NCBI GenBank assembly: GCA_045538055.1
Contig: JAZSQQ010000077.1
Span: 20,365 to 84,364, forward strand
Source of the DNA: Acutalibacteraceae bacterium
Lineage (GTDB): Bacteria; Bacillota; Clostridia; Oscillospirales; Acutalibacteraceae
Length of the DNA stretch: 64,000 bases
Direction: 5' to 3'
A program made the translations under genes and the position numbers. How positions within the stretch are numbered: the stretch's first letter is position 1; every line of letters starts with the position of its first letter. Shown here one piece after another: positions 10,062 through 20,063 of the stretch. Below the pieces are notes generated by a model. That model did no database searches. It was not told the origin of the DNA and was given only the letters and a program-made list of their open reading frames with translations.

Positions 10062-13000
10062 TTAAATTAGATGATTGTCGTAACCATTATCAACCATATA
10101 AGCTATAATGTCATCAAGGTTATCTCTATATACTTTACCATTACACTCTCGCTGAATATAATCATCAAGTTTATCTTCTAGTGACGGTATAGAACGTTCC
10201 TCAATGTTTTCTAAAGAACTACTATTTGTCGTATTTGATTCGAAAGATCGTCTAAATAAAAAAGTTGACATTGTAGTTTCATCTAATAGTATATAAGGAA
10301 TGTCGTTATCTATAGCATATTGATGTGCATATGTATTGGAATAACAATTAATAACAATGTTTTCACAATCCATAAAAGCATTTTGCCATATTGATGTCAC
10401 ACTTGTTCCTAATATTACATTGGTTAGACTCGGGCAGAAATCAAAGCCATATGCTCCTATAGTTTCAACATTACTCAAATCTATTGATTCAAGACTAGTG
10501 CAGTAGCCGAATGCAGAATTGCCGACACGAGTGATGGATGTTGAATTAACGATGTTTGTTAAATTTATACAATCAGCAAAAGCGACGGCTGATAATTTGA
10601 TATTGTTTGATGCAGGGAGAACCACTGTGGTTAATGCTGAACATCCACCAAATGCAGATGACCCAATTTCACGAACGCCTTCAGGAATTGTAACACTTGT
10701 AATACTTGTGTTACTATCAAATGCATATGAGCCGATAGATGTAATAAACCAATTAGAAGGAATTACTAAGTTGGTTGCGGTTCCATTATACGCATTAAGC
10801 ACACCATCAGAAATATCATAATCGGTATTTACATTGATGTTATTCTCGATGCAGTATCCTTCAATATATGAGCCTTCGTTACAGTAAATAGTGAGATTTG
10901 GAATGCCGTAAAAAGCGTTTTCACCTACACAATCAACATCGTCTGGAATTAATAACGAGTTTAATGATGTGCAGCCACTAAAGCACTCAGAACCGATATT
11001 ATATATACCTGAAGCAATGGATATAGATTCTACAGTTGTATTATTTTTAAATGCAGCATCCCCTATACTATCTAATTGCATATAAGTTGGTACCTGAACA
11101 TTTATGTCGTTACCCGTATAGCCATTTAAGACATCACCAGCAATATTGAATCCTAATCTGCAAACAATAACATTATTCTCGTTTTGAAGAGAGTTATCAT
11201 TTGCATATTGCATTAAATATGAATTGTCATTTCCCCACAATGTAATTGGTTTGTACGCTCCCGCGAATGCGTTTGGATCAATAGAGTTAATATTACCGGG
11301 AATATATACTGATTGCAGGTTTTGACAATCACCGAACGCATCGTTACATATTTCTGTTACAGATTCAGGGATAGTTACCTGCTGAATAGGAGCACAATGC
11401 AAAAAGAATGGCTCTAGTTTGGTAATACCATTAGGAATATCTATACTGGTTATACCTGTTCGGTTAAAAGCAGAACGACCTATACTAATCATAGTTTCAG
11501 GTAATAATATTTCCGTTACAGAGCAATCCATAAATGCGTAATCACCAATCACTAATAGATGCTTTGACGTGTTTACGATATCGACATTATCATTAGCGAA
11601 AAAGACAGAATTTGATATTTCTTCAACTGCATTTGGGATATCAACAACACGTTTTCCACTATCATTGATATAATCATATCCAGTTTCACTCTGATAGTCA
11701 AGTAACACACCATTTACTATTTCATAATTAGGATAAATCGTTAATATTCTTAAATGAATCGGCATTTCATTTAACCAACTTGCATCTGCATCGCAATATA
11801 CTGAGGTTTTGTAATATAATCCGTTTGAATCTATCGAAGTAAGAGATAAAGGGATATATATTTGTGTTAAAGATGTGCAAAAGTTAAAGGCATCTGTTAT
11901 GATTCGCTGGCATCGATTATTCAAGATACATCTTTCTAAACGATTGCAAAAATAAAAACACTTCCTAGAAATATTTGTTATATTACCAGCAAACTTAATT
12001 GTTTTCAGTTTGCTACATTTATAAAAAGCGCCTTCAAACAAATAACTTGTTGAACATACGAATTCATATTCTTCAATTCCGGTTGATGCAAATGCATATT
12101 CGCCGATACTTGTTACAGACTTGAATGTCGAAAAATCTTTTAATTTTGTACAATTTTCGAACACATGGCCTCTAATAAACCGCACATTTGCACCACCTTT
12201 TACTTCTGATAGATTTATGCATGGTGAAAACGCATATTCATCGATATTGTGTACTGAGTCAGCAATATCAACCGTCTTTATTTTTAAGTTTGATGCAAAA
12301 GCTTTAGGACCTATCTCATAGATTTTCAAACATTCTGGCATAACAACATCAACATCGTTACCATTGTATTTTACAAGCATTATATTATCGAACGAATTTA
12401 GCTCTAAAGAATAATCACTACATATCTTTACACCGTTATAAGTAAAATCAGGTACATCAGAAGTATTGTTAATCTCCCCGTTCGAATAAACTGTTAATGA
12501 TTCATTGCAACCGTCAAAAGAGTCATTTTTACAAGAATTCAATGCTCCAGTTAATCCAACTTCCTGCAAAGATTTAGCTCCATAAAATGCTTTTGAGTTA
12601 ACAGTAACTGTTGATGAACAATGTATAGAAGTGATGCTTTCACAATTATAAAAGCTCTCTTCTGGAATAGACCGTCCCGAAAAACTAAAATCACCTGATA
12701 ATTCTTTACAGTTTTTAAAGGCTTTTTCACCGAATAAATATACTTTGCAATCTACTGTATTAAATTTTTTTAACAATTCACAATTCTCAAAGCAACTTGT
12801 ATAAACAAAAACAGCATTTGATTTTTCAATGTTAATAAACATTAAATAACGACAATCTATAAAAGCTCTTGCATTTAAGAAAATAGACTGCGCACTTTTC
12901 AAACTAACAGTTTTCAAGTTTTCACAACATTCAAACGCCGAATTTTCAAGATCACTCATTTCATAAAAAATTAAGCTGATATTTTCTACAGCAGTTTTAT

Positions 13001-16000
13001 AGAATGAGTATGAACCAACATTGATTATTTCTAAGTGACCGCCTATATCCGATAGATATATGCAGTTATAAAAAGCATTGTTGCCTATATCGTTTATAGA
13101 TTTTGATAAATCTATGGAGCGAATAGTATGATTATCCGAAAAAGCACCATCGCCAATTTTTGTAATTCCTAGGTAAGGTGGAATAATAACTTTTTCATCG
13201 TTGCCCCAATAGCCCTCAAGTGCTACAACGCCTGTATCTTCAACTGTTCCGTACTTAAAATCAGAATTTATTACAGCACCTGTAAAATTTTTAATAGGAC
13301 TATCGGCAGAAACATACACCAACATATTTGGGCAATTGTCGAAAATATTTTCATTTATACTTGAACATTTGTTTTTAATGTATACTTCAGAAATTCCACA
13401 ATTGTTGAACGCTTCTGAAGCTATATTGGAAATGTCGCGTGATAAAACAAGTGTCCCAATATTACAATTAGAGTTGATTGCATTAGTAGAAATACCAGTA
13501 ATTTGCAATCCTTCTAAAAACAGTTTTTCAGCGTTACCGAATATATTGCTTACACTACTTCCTGTTATGTTAATATTTATAGTGTTGCTATCGTCGATAG
13601 ACTTTGAATCAAAATATCCGAGTTTATCTCCAGTTGAAACATCGATTTCCTTAGTTAAATCATAGTTATCATCTAGCAAGATTTTAATAATTCTTTCGTT
13701 GCCATAATCCTTATATGTAACATTATGATCGAATAAATCATACTCTTTAGCATTATGATAAACTTGTTTTGTTTTGATTTTAGTAGTATCGATAGTGGTA
13801 ACAATGGAAATATAGTTTTCGTTGACAGACTCATCAAAAGTATATTTTTCCAAGGTTGCCGATTCAATTGCGGGCATAAGAAAAGTAACATCAATCGAAC
13901 CTGTTAAACTATCACACTCATAATTTACTGTGCCGGTAACAGATGGCATTACTTGTTCACTTTGGTAATTTTCGTTATATGATATGGTTTTTGAACGTGG
14001 GTTGAAATAGATAATATCATCATTACTACTAATATTAACACTATGTTTAAATGTTGCATCATATGGGAAAACCTGAACATTAGGTTTTACATATTTTTCT
14101 GTCCTTTTTATGCACATATCATAACCAACAAGTTTTTCTGCAAGAACGATTTGTTTGAAAGGTCTTATTGAAAGTGTCGATAACTTACTGCCAATGATTT
14201 CTTTAGAACCCAAAATGGTTTCAATATTTTTTTCCTGTGTTTCGAGGAAATTGTTATCTAAATATATCAAACTAAGATTCTCTAACAACAAAACATCTGC
14301 AATATCTGATATCAAGTTGTTATTTAAATAAAGACGCCACATATTATCAAGATTATTTAAAGGTGAAATATCTGTAATATAGTTATTGATAAGATCCATT
14401 TGTTCCAAAGTCTGTAAATTCGATAGAGCTTCGATATCAGTGATATGATTATCACTCAAATCAAGTATTCGGATGTTTTTCAAACCAGATAAGAATGATA
14501 CATCATTAATCATACATTCTTGCATTAATAATTTGTTAAGATTATTAAAAGATGTTAACTTTGAAACCCCTCTTAAATTCATGTTTGAGTTAGCATTTAC
14601 AGAATAAAGATTCGGAGAAAAATTTACAGGTATTTCTAAATATGAGATTCTAGTATTTTCTATTTGCAGTATTTCTAAGTTATTAAAAGTATTATTTTGA
14701 AAGATCAAATTTACAGCTTCATCAGTTATTTTACTTCCTGTAAACTTAATACCAATCAAATTATAAAACTCAGATAATTGGTCAGCAAACCTACGTATTG
14801 TGTTTGTTGTTTTTATTTCAAGAAAAGAAATAAGTCTAATGTCTTCGTTAGTAACAATCTCATTTTCAGAAAAATCGTTATCGAACTGTAGTTTTATAAA
14901 GTTGCAAAAATCGAAAAAAGTTTCATCGTTTGGACCAATATATGGAGAATCAATTTCTTCGTTCGGAATAACAGACAAAATATGCGTTATATCTAATTGA
15001 TTAGACAGCAACTGTTCTTCTTCTACTACTTCATCATCTATTGATAAAGCTTCATACTTTTTAACGTTTTTACCGCTGTCCTGCCTAAATGCATCTCGTA
15101 TTTGTCCGGGAGTTGCATTTGGATTAGCTTCCATATATATTGCAACGGCACCTGCTACTATAGGAGAGGCCATTGAGGTTCCACTCATAAAAGTATATTC
15201 AAAAGCTGACGAAATACTACCGGTTTCAGGATCTTTAGTTCTCGCCTTTGTAGAACAAATATTCACTCCGGGGGCAATAATGTCGTAATAGTTTTCCTGA
15301 GAATCAAAATTTGAGCTCCATGACATTGTCATTAAACCTGTTGCTGGATAATTGGCGTTTAATAACGCTTCGTTATTATTAATAATACCAGGATAATCAT
15401 ATGCATATGGGCTACCGCCATAAGCCATTACACCTATAACAGATTTAAATATTGCAGGATATCGTGCACATTTGTCTGTACCATCATTACCTGCAGCGGC
15501 AACGATAACAGCTTTTCGTGCTGCCTTATTACAGGTGAGGTTTAATGTTGGGTCAAAATTGGGTGATCCTAAAGACATATTTATAACATCAGCATTGTGT
15601 TCAAGCGCCCAATCAATGGCCTCTACCAATGTTGCTGTACTAAATCCACCAGACGGATGACTTGCCTGCAAATCCATAATCTGCACATCAGGAGCAATAC
15701 CCTTACAGGTATACTCATCACTTTGTTGCATTGCTATAATTCCAGCTACATGAGTGCCATGGTCATCAGTATATATAGTGTCGTCATTCATTGTGATTTC
15801 AGTATCGGTATATGAATTATATCCAACAACTCCATTGTCGTTCCAAAAACACCCCTCCAAAGCAGGATGAGATAAATCAATACCTGAATCGATTACGGCG
15901 ACAACAACACCATTACCTGTAGGCATTTCAGGTGATACATTTAAAGTGTTCCACATAGCTTGCTGACTTTGTTCACCTTTCGCTTCCTTTTCGCTTATAA

Positions 16001-16487
16001 TGGTATAGCTTGGTGTTGCTTCGCAAGTTTCGTAGATGTAATTAGGTTGAGCATATTCTACTTCTTCAAAGGCAGAAACCTCGTGCACAAGATCAACAAC
16101 TGATGTTTTCTCATCAAATGACAAAACATATAAACCCTCAGCATCAGTTGAATCGTTAACACTTAGGGTGTCGAATGCGTTTGGTTCTTCTTCTAAATCA
16201 CATTCTACGGTCAGTTCAAACTCTTCGGCAAGGTCATCAAGTGTTTGAGAATTAGTAGTAGGCGAATATTTAACGATCATTTCACCCTCAATATAATCCT
16301 CACCGGGAACCAAATCATTTAAATTCTCGTAGTAGTCTTCGGACGTTTCGACGTTTTCAAGGGATTCTTCTGAAACATCATAATTGGTAATCGTTTCTGC
16401 ATGAGCAATTGGAAAAACTGTAATTATCGAGGTAATTACTATCATTAGAGATAACATAATCGACAAATTCTTTTTTACGAATTTCAT
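10062..16487 (-). CDS. Giant secreted subtilisin-like (S8) serine protease fused to internalin-type LRRs and many BspA-type (LRR_5) repeats
   Basis: 2141-aa ORF. AAAGGAG RBS and a signal peptide. Catalytic triad motifs VAVIDSGID, HGTHVAGII and SGTSMASPIVAG. 22-aa LRRs (LDLSDNHITDIEALSNLQTLEQMDL). More than 15 repeats of the AFxxCxxLxxIxIP type. Confidence 0.85.
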   Translation of the reverse strand: MKFVKKNLSIMLSLMIVITSIITVFPIAHAETITNYDVSEESLENVETSEDYYENLNDLVPGEDYIEGEMIVKYSPTTNSQTLDDLAEEFELTVECDLEEEPNAFDTLSVNDSTDAEGLYVLSFDEKTSVVDLVHEVSAFEEVEYAQPNYIYETCEATPSYTIISEKEAKGEQSQQAMWNTLNVSPEMPTGNGVVVAVIDSGIDLSHPALEGCFWNDNGVVGYNSYTDTEITMNDDTIYTDDHGTHVAGIIAMQQSDEYTCKGIAPDVQIMDLQASHPSGGFSTATLVEAIDWALEHNADVINMSLGSPNFDPTLNLTCNKAARKAVIVAAAGNDGTDKCARYPAIFKSVIGVMAYGGSPYAYDYPGIINNNEALLNANYPATGLMTMSWSSNFDSQENYYDIIAPGVNICSTKARTKDPETGSISSAFEYTFMSGTSMASPIVAGAVAIYMEANPNATPGQIRDAFRQDSGKNVKKYEALSIDDEVVEEEQLLSNQLDITHILSVIPNEEIDSPYIGPNDETFFDFCNFIKLQFDNDFSENEIVTNEDIRLISFLEIKTTNTIRRFADQLSEFYNLIGIKFTGSKITDEAVNLIFQNNTFNNLEILQIENTRISYLEIPVNFSPNLYSVNANSNMNLRGVSKLTSFNNLNKLLMQECMINDVSFLSGLKNIRILDLSDNHITDIEALSNLQTLEQMDLINNYITDISPLNNLDNMWRLYLNNNLISDIADVLLLENLSLIYLDNNFLETQEKNIETILGSKEIIGSKLSTLSIRPFKQIVLAEKLVGYDMCIKRTEKYVKPNVQVFPYDATFKHSVNISSNDDIIYFNPRSKTISYNENYQSEQVMPSVTGTVNYECDSLTGSIDVTFLMPAIESATLEKYTFDESVNENYISIVTTIDTTKIKTKQVYHNAKEYDLFDHNVTYKDYGNERIIKILLDDNYDLTKEIDVSTGDKLGYFDSKSIDDSNTININITGSSVSNIFGNAEKLFLEGLQITGISTNAINSNCNIGTLVLSRDISNIASEAFNNCGISEVYIKNKCSSINENIFDNCPNMLVYVSADSPIKNFTGAVINSDFKYGTVEDTGVVALEGYWGNDEKVIIPPYLGITKIGDGAFSDNHTIRSIDLSKSINDIGNNAFYNCIYLSDIGGHLEIINVGSYSFYKTAVENISLIFYEMSDLENSAFECCENLKTVSLKSAQSIFLNARAFIDCRYLMFINIEKSNAVFVYTSCFENCELLKKFNTVDCKVYLFGEKAFKNCKELSGDFSFSGRSIPEESFYNCESITSIHCSSTVTVNSKAFYGAKSLQEVGLTGALNSCKNDSFDGCNESLTVYSNGEINNTSDVPDFTYNGVKICSDYSLELNSFDNIMLVKYNGNDVDVVMPECLKIYEIGPKAFASNLKIKTVDIADSVHNIDEYAFSPCINLSEVKGGANVRFIRGHVFENCTKLKDFSTFKSVTSIGEYAFASTGIEEYEFVCSTSYLFEGAFYKCSKLKTIKFAGNITNISRKCFYFCNRLERCILNNRCQRIITDAFNFCTSLTQIYIPLSLTSIDSNGLYYKTSVYCDADASWLNEMPIHLRILTIYPNYEIVNGVLLDYQSETGYDYINDSGKRVVDIPNAVEEISNSVFFANDNVDIVNTSKHLLVIGDYAFMDCSVTEILLPETMISIGRSAFNRTGITSIDIPNGITKLEPFFLHCAPIQQVTIPESVTEICNDAFGDCQNLQSVYIPGNINSIDPNAFAGAYKPITLWGNDNSYLMQYANDNSLQNENNVIVCRLGFNIAGDVLNGYTGNDINVQVPTYMQLDSIGDAAFKNNTTVESISIASGIYNIGSECFSGCTSLNSLLIPDDVDCVGENAFYGIPNLTIYCNEGSYIEGYCIENNINVNTDYDISDGVLNAYNGTATNLVIPSNWFITSIGSYAFDSNTSITSVTIPEGVREIGSSAFGGCSALTTVVLPASNNIKLSAVAFADCINLTNIVNSTSITRVGNSAFGYCTSLESIDLSNVETIGAYGFDFCPSLTNVILGTSVTSIWQNAFMDCENIVINCYSNTYAHQYAIDNDIPYILLDETTMSTFLFRRSFESNTTNSSSLENIEERSIPSLEDKLDDYIQRECNGKVYRDNLDDIIAYMVDNGYDNHLI

Positions 16488-16670
16488 ATTTATGTCTCCT
16501 TTTTAATTTGTTTTTTTGCATGAAAGGTATTTTAATCGCTGTTTGATGTTTAATATATATTTTAAATATCGCCCCCTAAAACAGATACTATATCTCACTA
16601 AAATTTTACACGTAATTAGCTTGATGATGAAGACTGAATGCAAAAAAATGCAAAAAAATGACAAAAAAAT

Positions 16671-16692
16671 AAACGGTCAAGATTGACCGTTT
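16671..16692. terminator. Bidirectional hairpin terminator at the end of the histidine kinase gene
   Basis: AAACGGTCA-AGAT-TGACCGTTT flanked by an A-run (left) and a T-run (right). Overlaps the kinase stop codon by 2 nt. Confidence 0.6.
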
Positions 16693-17983
16693 ATTTTTTG
16701 GGTATCAATATCACTATTTTAAACTCTTTATTTTCAAACATCCACTCGAGTTCACCATTGTAGTTTTTTAAAGCGTTGTAAACACTCTTCATTCCGTAAC
16801 CATGAATATTCTTGTTCTCTTTGGTAGAGATCAAAGTATCATTTTCTGCCAAAGGAGCAGTTGAACAACTATTCTTGAGAATGATTTTATGGAACTTGTT
16901 GTCGCACTCTAAAGTTAGTTCAATATAAGGATGCGTTTCTTTTTCAGCTCGCTCAATAGCATTACTTAATAGGTTGTCAAGTATAGCAGATAAATCATAG
17001 TCATTAATAAACGATAGGTTTTCGTTTAATGCGAGAATGGAAAAATTTATATGTTTATCTTTACACAACAGTGAATACTTGTTGATTATTACATCTAACA
17101 ATTTGTTCTTGGTTTTAGCCTTAATTGAGATGTCATTAGCTTTATCGTATATGTTGTTAATATATTGCTTAACATTCTCTTCTGTTGTCAGGTTGCTAAT
17201 GTTGATAAGATTGTTTTTGATGTCGTGCACAAGGATTCTTGTTTCTTCATCTTTCTTTTCTAAAATGTCCAAATATTCGAGATTAATGGTTTGTTTTTGT
17301 TCAAGCATTTCTATATCGTGAAGTTTTTTCTGATCACTTATGGCTCGTTCGTGGACAAAAAATACAACAATTATAGAAATAAACATAAATACTTCGCTCA
17401 ATATAAACAGAAGATTAGTTTCTGTATTTGATTTATAATAGATATTTTGGTAGCGAAAAACAACTGTTATAAAAAATGTCATTGCGGGTAGGGTAGTTAA
17501 TATGATTGATGACATATAACCATCTTTTGTCTTAGTTTTTTTTGAAAAAGATGATATGATTGCCAATAAAACGAAGTATATAAGTTTAGAAGCAAATGCT
17601 TCTTCCACAAAAAGAATTGAGTCGTTTTCGTATTGATTAACCGGTACATTCAAGAACGACGATGTTATAAAGAAAATGAAAAATTCAGCAATGTTCATTA
17701 TTGCTACAAGTAATAACGAATGAAAACTTGATAATTTCCAATCACTCTCAAAAGCAGTAAAGAAAATAATCCAATAAAGTATAAGGGTAGCCGGAATGTT
17801 AATATATGGCTTCGAGAAAAAAATAATCAATAGCCATAATATCACATTAGCAACGAAACAAATCAATAAGGATTGTTTGAAATTGTGTTTATAGTTAAAT
17901 ATTCTACCACCGTACCAAAAAACAATATATGTTCCTAATACATAAACAATAAACATAGTTATTGCAAACATTGTCTGGCTCAT
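16691..17983 (-). CDS. AgrC-like membrane sensor histidine kinase (HPK10/GHKL type)
   Basis: 430-aa ORF. The N-terminal half has about 6 hydrophobic helices. The C-terminal half has a phospho-acceptor region (ILVHDIKNNL) and ATPase-like motifs (LDNLLSNAIE, GYGMKSV). The gene abuts the LytTR regulator gene. Confidence 0.8.
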   Translation of the reverse strand: MSQTMFAITMFIVYVLGTYIVFWYGGRIFNYKHNFKQSLLICFVANVILWLLIIFFSKPYINIPATLILYWIIFFTAFESDWKLSSFHSLLLVAIMNIAEFFIFFITSSFLNVPVNQYENDSILFVEEAFASKLIYFVLLAIISSFSKKTKTKDGYMSSIILTTLPAMTFFITVVFRYQNIYYKSNTETNLLFILSEVFMFISIIVVFFVHERAISDQKKLHDIEMLEQKQTINLEYLDILEKKDEETRILVHDIKNNLINISNLTTEENVKQYINNIYDKANDISIKAKTKNKLLDVIINKYSLLCKDKHINFSILALNENLSFINDYDLSAILDNLLSNAIERAEKETHPYIELTLECDNKFHKIILKNSCSTAPLAENDTLISTKENKNIHGYGMKSVYNALKNYNGELEWMFENKEFKIVILIPKK

Positions 17984-18691
17984 TTACATTCCCCTTTCAG
18001 CAAACAGAAACATTTTTGTGCGGAATTCTTGTTGCCTTTTTGGAGCAACAGAAACTATAAAGCTTTTTTCTTCAAAGGCAAGAGTGAGCGTTTTACGAGT
18101 GAAACTTTTGACAAAGTTGAAATTTATGATGTAGCTTGTATGCGGAGAATAAAATTTCAATTCACTTAATTTTTCTTTCCAAAAATCAATATGTTCTTTA
18201 GATATATACTCACCTTGGGTGGTTACAATTTTTGTTTTTCGTTTATACGATTCGCAGAATATTATAGAGTTAGTTGGAATTATTACAGATTCGTTATTTG
18301 GACAAATTATTTTAACGTCTTTACAGGACATTGTTAATAATGCAGCATCCAATGAACGATATAAGCGAGTTACGTCTAAAGGTTTTTGCAAAAATCGATA
18401 AGCACCAAGATCAAATGCATCGTCAAGATATTCGGAATATGCGGTTATCATAAAGATAACTATGTTGTTGGATCTTTGCTTTAGCTTTTTCCCAACATCA
18501 ATACCATTAATGCTTGGCATCTCAACATCTAAAAAAGCCATATCGAAATATACATTGCTATTTAGTAATTGGTTTCCATCCTCGAAGCATAATATCTCAG
18601 TGGATATAATTTTCTCGGAAAAATAGTTTATTAATGCATCTTTGACCTCAGTTATTCTTTTAGGTTCATCATCGCAGATGGCTATCTTCAT
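17984..18691 (-). CDS. LytTR-family response regulator (AgrA-like)
   Basis: Receiver domain MKIAICDDEP...FLDVEMP...ITAY plus a C-terminal LytTR-type domain. I place the start at the ATG at 18691, which has a GGAGGA RBS, rather than the ORF-track start at 18721. Confidence 0.85.
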   Translation of the reverse strand: MKIAICDDEPKRITEVKDALINYFSEKIISTEILCFEDGNQLLNSNVYFDMAFLDVEMPSINGIDVGKKLKQRSNNIVIFMITAYSEYLDDAFDLGAYRFLQKPLDVTRLYRSLDAALLTMSCKDVKIICPNNESVIIPTNSIIFCESYKRKTKIVTTQGEYISKEHIDFWKEKLSELKFYSPHTSYIINFNFVKSFTRKTLTLAFEEKSFIVSVAPKRQQEFRTKMFLFAERGM

Positions 18692-18768
18692 TATTCTATC
18701 CTCCAATAACAAATGCCGCAAACTGATTACAGTTTACGGCATTAAAAATAAATTGTCAAATATAATTT

Positions 18769-19098
18769 TTATTTTGTGTTATTGTGGTTATCGGCGATTG
18801 CTTTAATCATTACCTTGATGAGTTCAATTTCATCATCAGAGCATTCACGGAGATATTCTGATATTTCTTCTATTTTGGTTTTCTTTACAACCCCAAAAGC
18901 GAAGTAGTCAAGGGTAACATCTAAGCATGTGGCAATATCATATAGTAATTCAACCGAGGTCTTGCTTCTTCCGGTTTCAATAGCAGAGATATGCTTAGAG
19001 GTAACATTTACTTTTTCGGCTAGTTCCTCTTGTGTCATATTAAGTTTTCTTCTTCTGTTACTGATTCTGTATCCAAGCATTTTGAAATTTAACTCCAT
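18769..19098 (-). CDS. XRE-family HTH transcriptional regulator
   Basis: 109-aa ORF. HTH_3 signature LNMTQEELAEKVNVTSKHISAIETGRSKTSVELLYDIA. First gene of the minus-strand xre-RR-HK unit. Confidence 0.8.
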   Translation of the reverse strand: MELNFKMLGYRISNRRRKLNMTQEELAEKVNVTSKHISAIETGRSKTSVELLYDIATCLDVTLDYFAFGVVKKTKIEEISEYLRECSDDEIELIKVMIKAIADNHNNTK

Positions 19099-19148
19099 AA
19101 AACCACCATAGTAATTTTATCATTAAAAAGAGTTAAATAACACCAACA

Positions 19149-19218
19149 GATAATAGAAAAATCTATTATTAGATTGATTTTTATGTTTGATAATAGATAA
19201 AAATACCTGACAATAGGA
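19149..19218. promoter_or_regulatory. Repeated GA(T/C)AATAG(A/G)A boxes in the divergent agr control region
   Basis: GATAATAGA at 19149-19157, with its inverted copy TCTATTAT at 19162-19169. GATAATAGA again at 19189-19197 and GACAATAGGA at 19209-19218. The last two are direct repeats with starts 20 bp apart. Confidence 0.4.
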
Positions 19219-19314
19219 TTTGTTATTTTTTTTTATAGATTTTTGATATTTTAGTTTACGTTATTGAAAAGATATTTATCAGAAAGTATATTGAAGTATA
19301 AAGGGGGTGGATTT

Positions 19315-19476
19315 ATGTCTGTAAAAGAAAATATGCAGAAAAAAACTGCGAATTTTATCAAGAGGATTGTAGAACATTCTTTGAGAGTAGATGCAAATAA
19401 TCTTACAAGTCTTTGGGTTTATCAGCCTAAGGTTCCGGCAATGCTAAAAAATTTTAGCAGAATCAATAAAGGATGA
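19315..19476 (+). CDS. agrD: AgrD-like autoinducing-peptide precursor (53 aa), serine type
   Basis: ATG at 19315 with an AAGGGGG RBS. C-terminal half is NNLTSLWVYQPKVPAMLKNF, which contains the QPxxPxxL recognition tail I recall from clostridial AgrD. The stop overlaps the agrB start (ATGA). Confidence 0.65.
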   Translation: MSVKENMQKKTANFIKRIVEHSLRVDANNLTSLWVYQPKVPAMLKNFSRINKG

Positions 19477-20063
19477 TAGGTCGTGTAGTATCTGGTGTTG
19501 TCGAAAAACTTACCGATAGTGCGACTATTAGTGATAGTGAAAAGGAACTATATCGATATGGGTTCTTTATATTAATCTCACAGATATTATATTTCATTAT
19601 AACAATTATTATGGGAATTTTGTTGGATATATTTTCTTTAAGTGTAGTTTTTTATATCTCTTTTCAGTTTATTAGAAGATATGCCGGTGGAATACATGCT
19701 TCAAGTGAATTGAAATGTGAGATTATAAGTACAATATCAATTATTATCTGCCTTTTGTGTGTTAAATCAAATGTAATGTTCGACATGCCAATCCCGACAT
19801 TGATTTTAACCCTCTTTGCTTCTATTGTCATATTTATTCTTTGTCCGCTTGACACACCAGAAAAACCACTTACAAAAGAAGAACTACGATATTTTCGTAA
19901 GATTTCCCTAATAGTTTTGGCAATAATGTTATCTATTAGCATTATTTCAATTGTTATAAGGTTAACTATTGCGTATCCAATCTGTTTTAGCATAATATTA
20001 GAGAGCGTTTTCTTGGCTGCAGGGAAAATTAAAAGAGAACATAGTAACAAAAATGTTGAATAA
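19473..20063 (+). CDS. agrB: AgrB-family membrane peptidase (AIP processing)
   Basis: 196-aa polytopic ORF with the signature FQFIRRYAGGIHASSELKCEIIS (the AgrB R..aGG.H...C motif). Confidence 0.85.
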   Translation: MIGRVVSGVVEKLTDSATISDSEKELYRYGFFILISQILYFIITIIMGILLDIFSLSVVFYISFQFIRRYAGGIHASSELKCEIISTISIIICLLCVKSNVMFDMPIPTLILTLFASIVIFILCPLDTPEKPLTKEELRYFRKISLIVLAIMLSISIISIVIRLTIAYPICFSIILESVFLAAGKIKREHSNKNVE

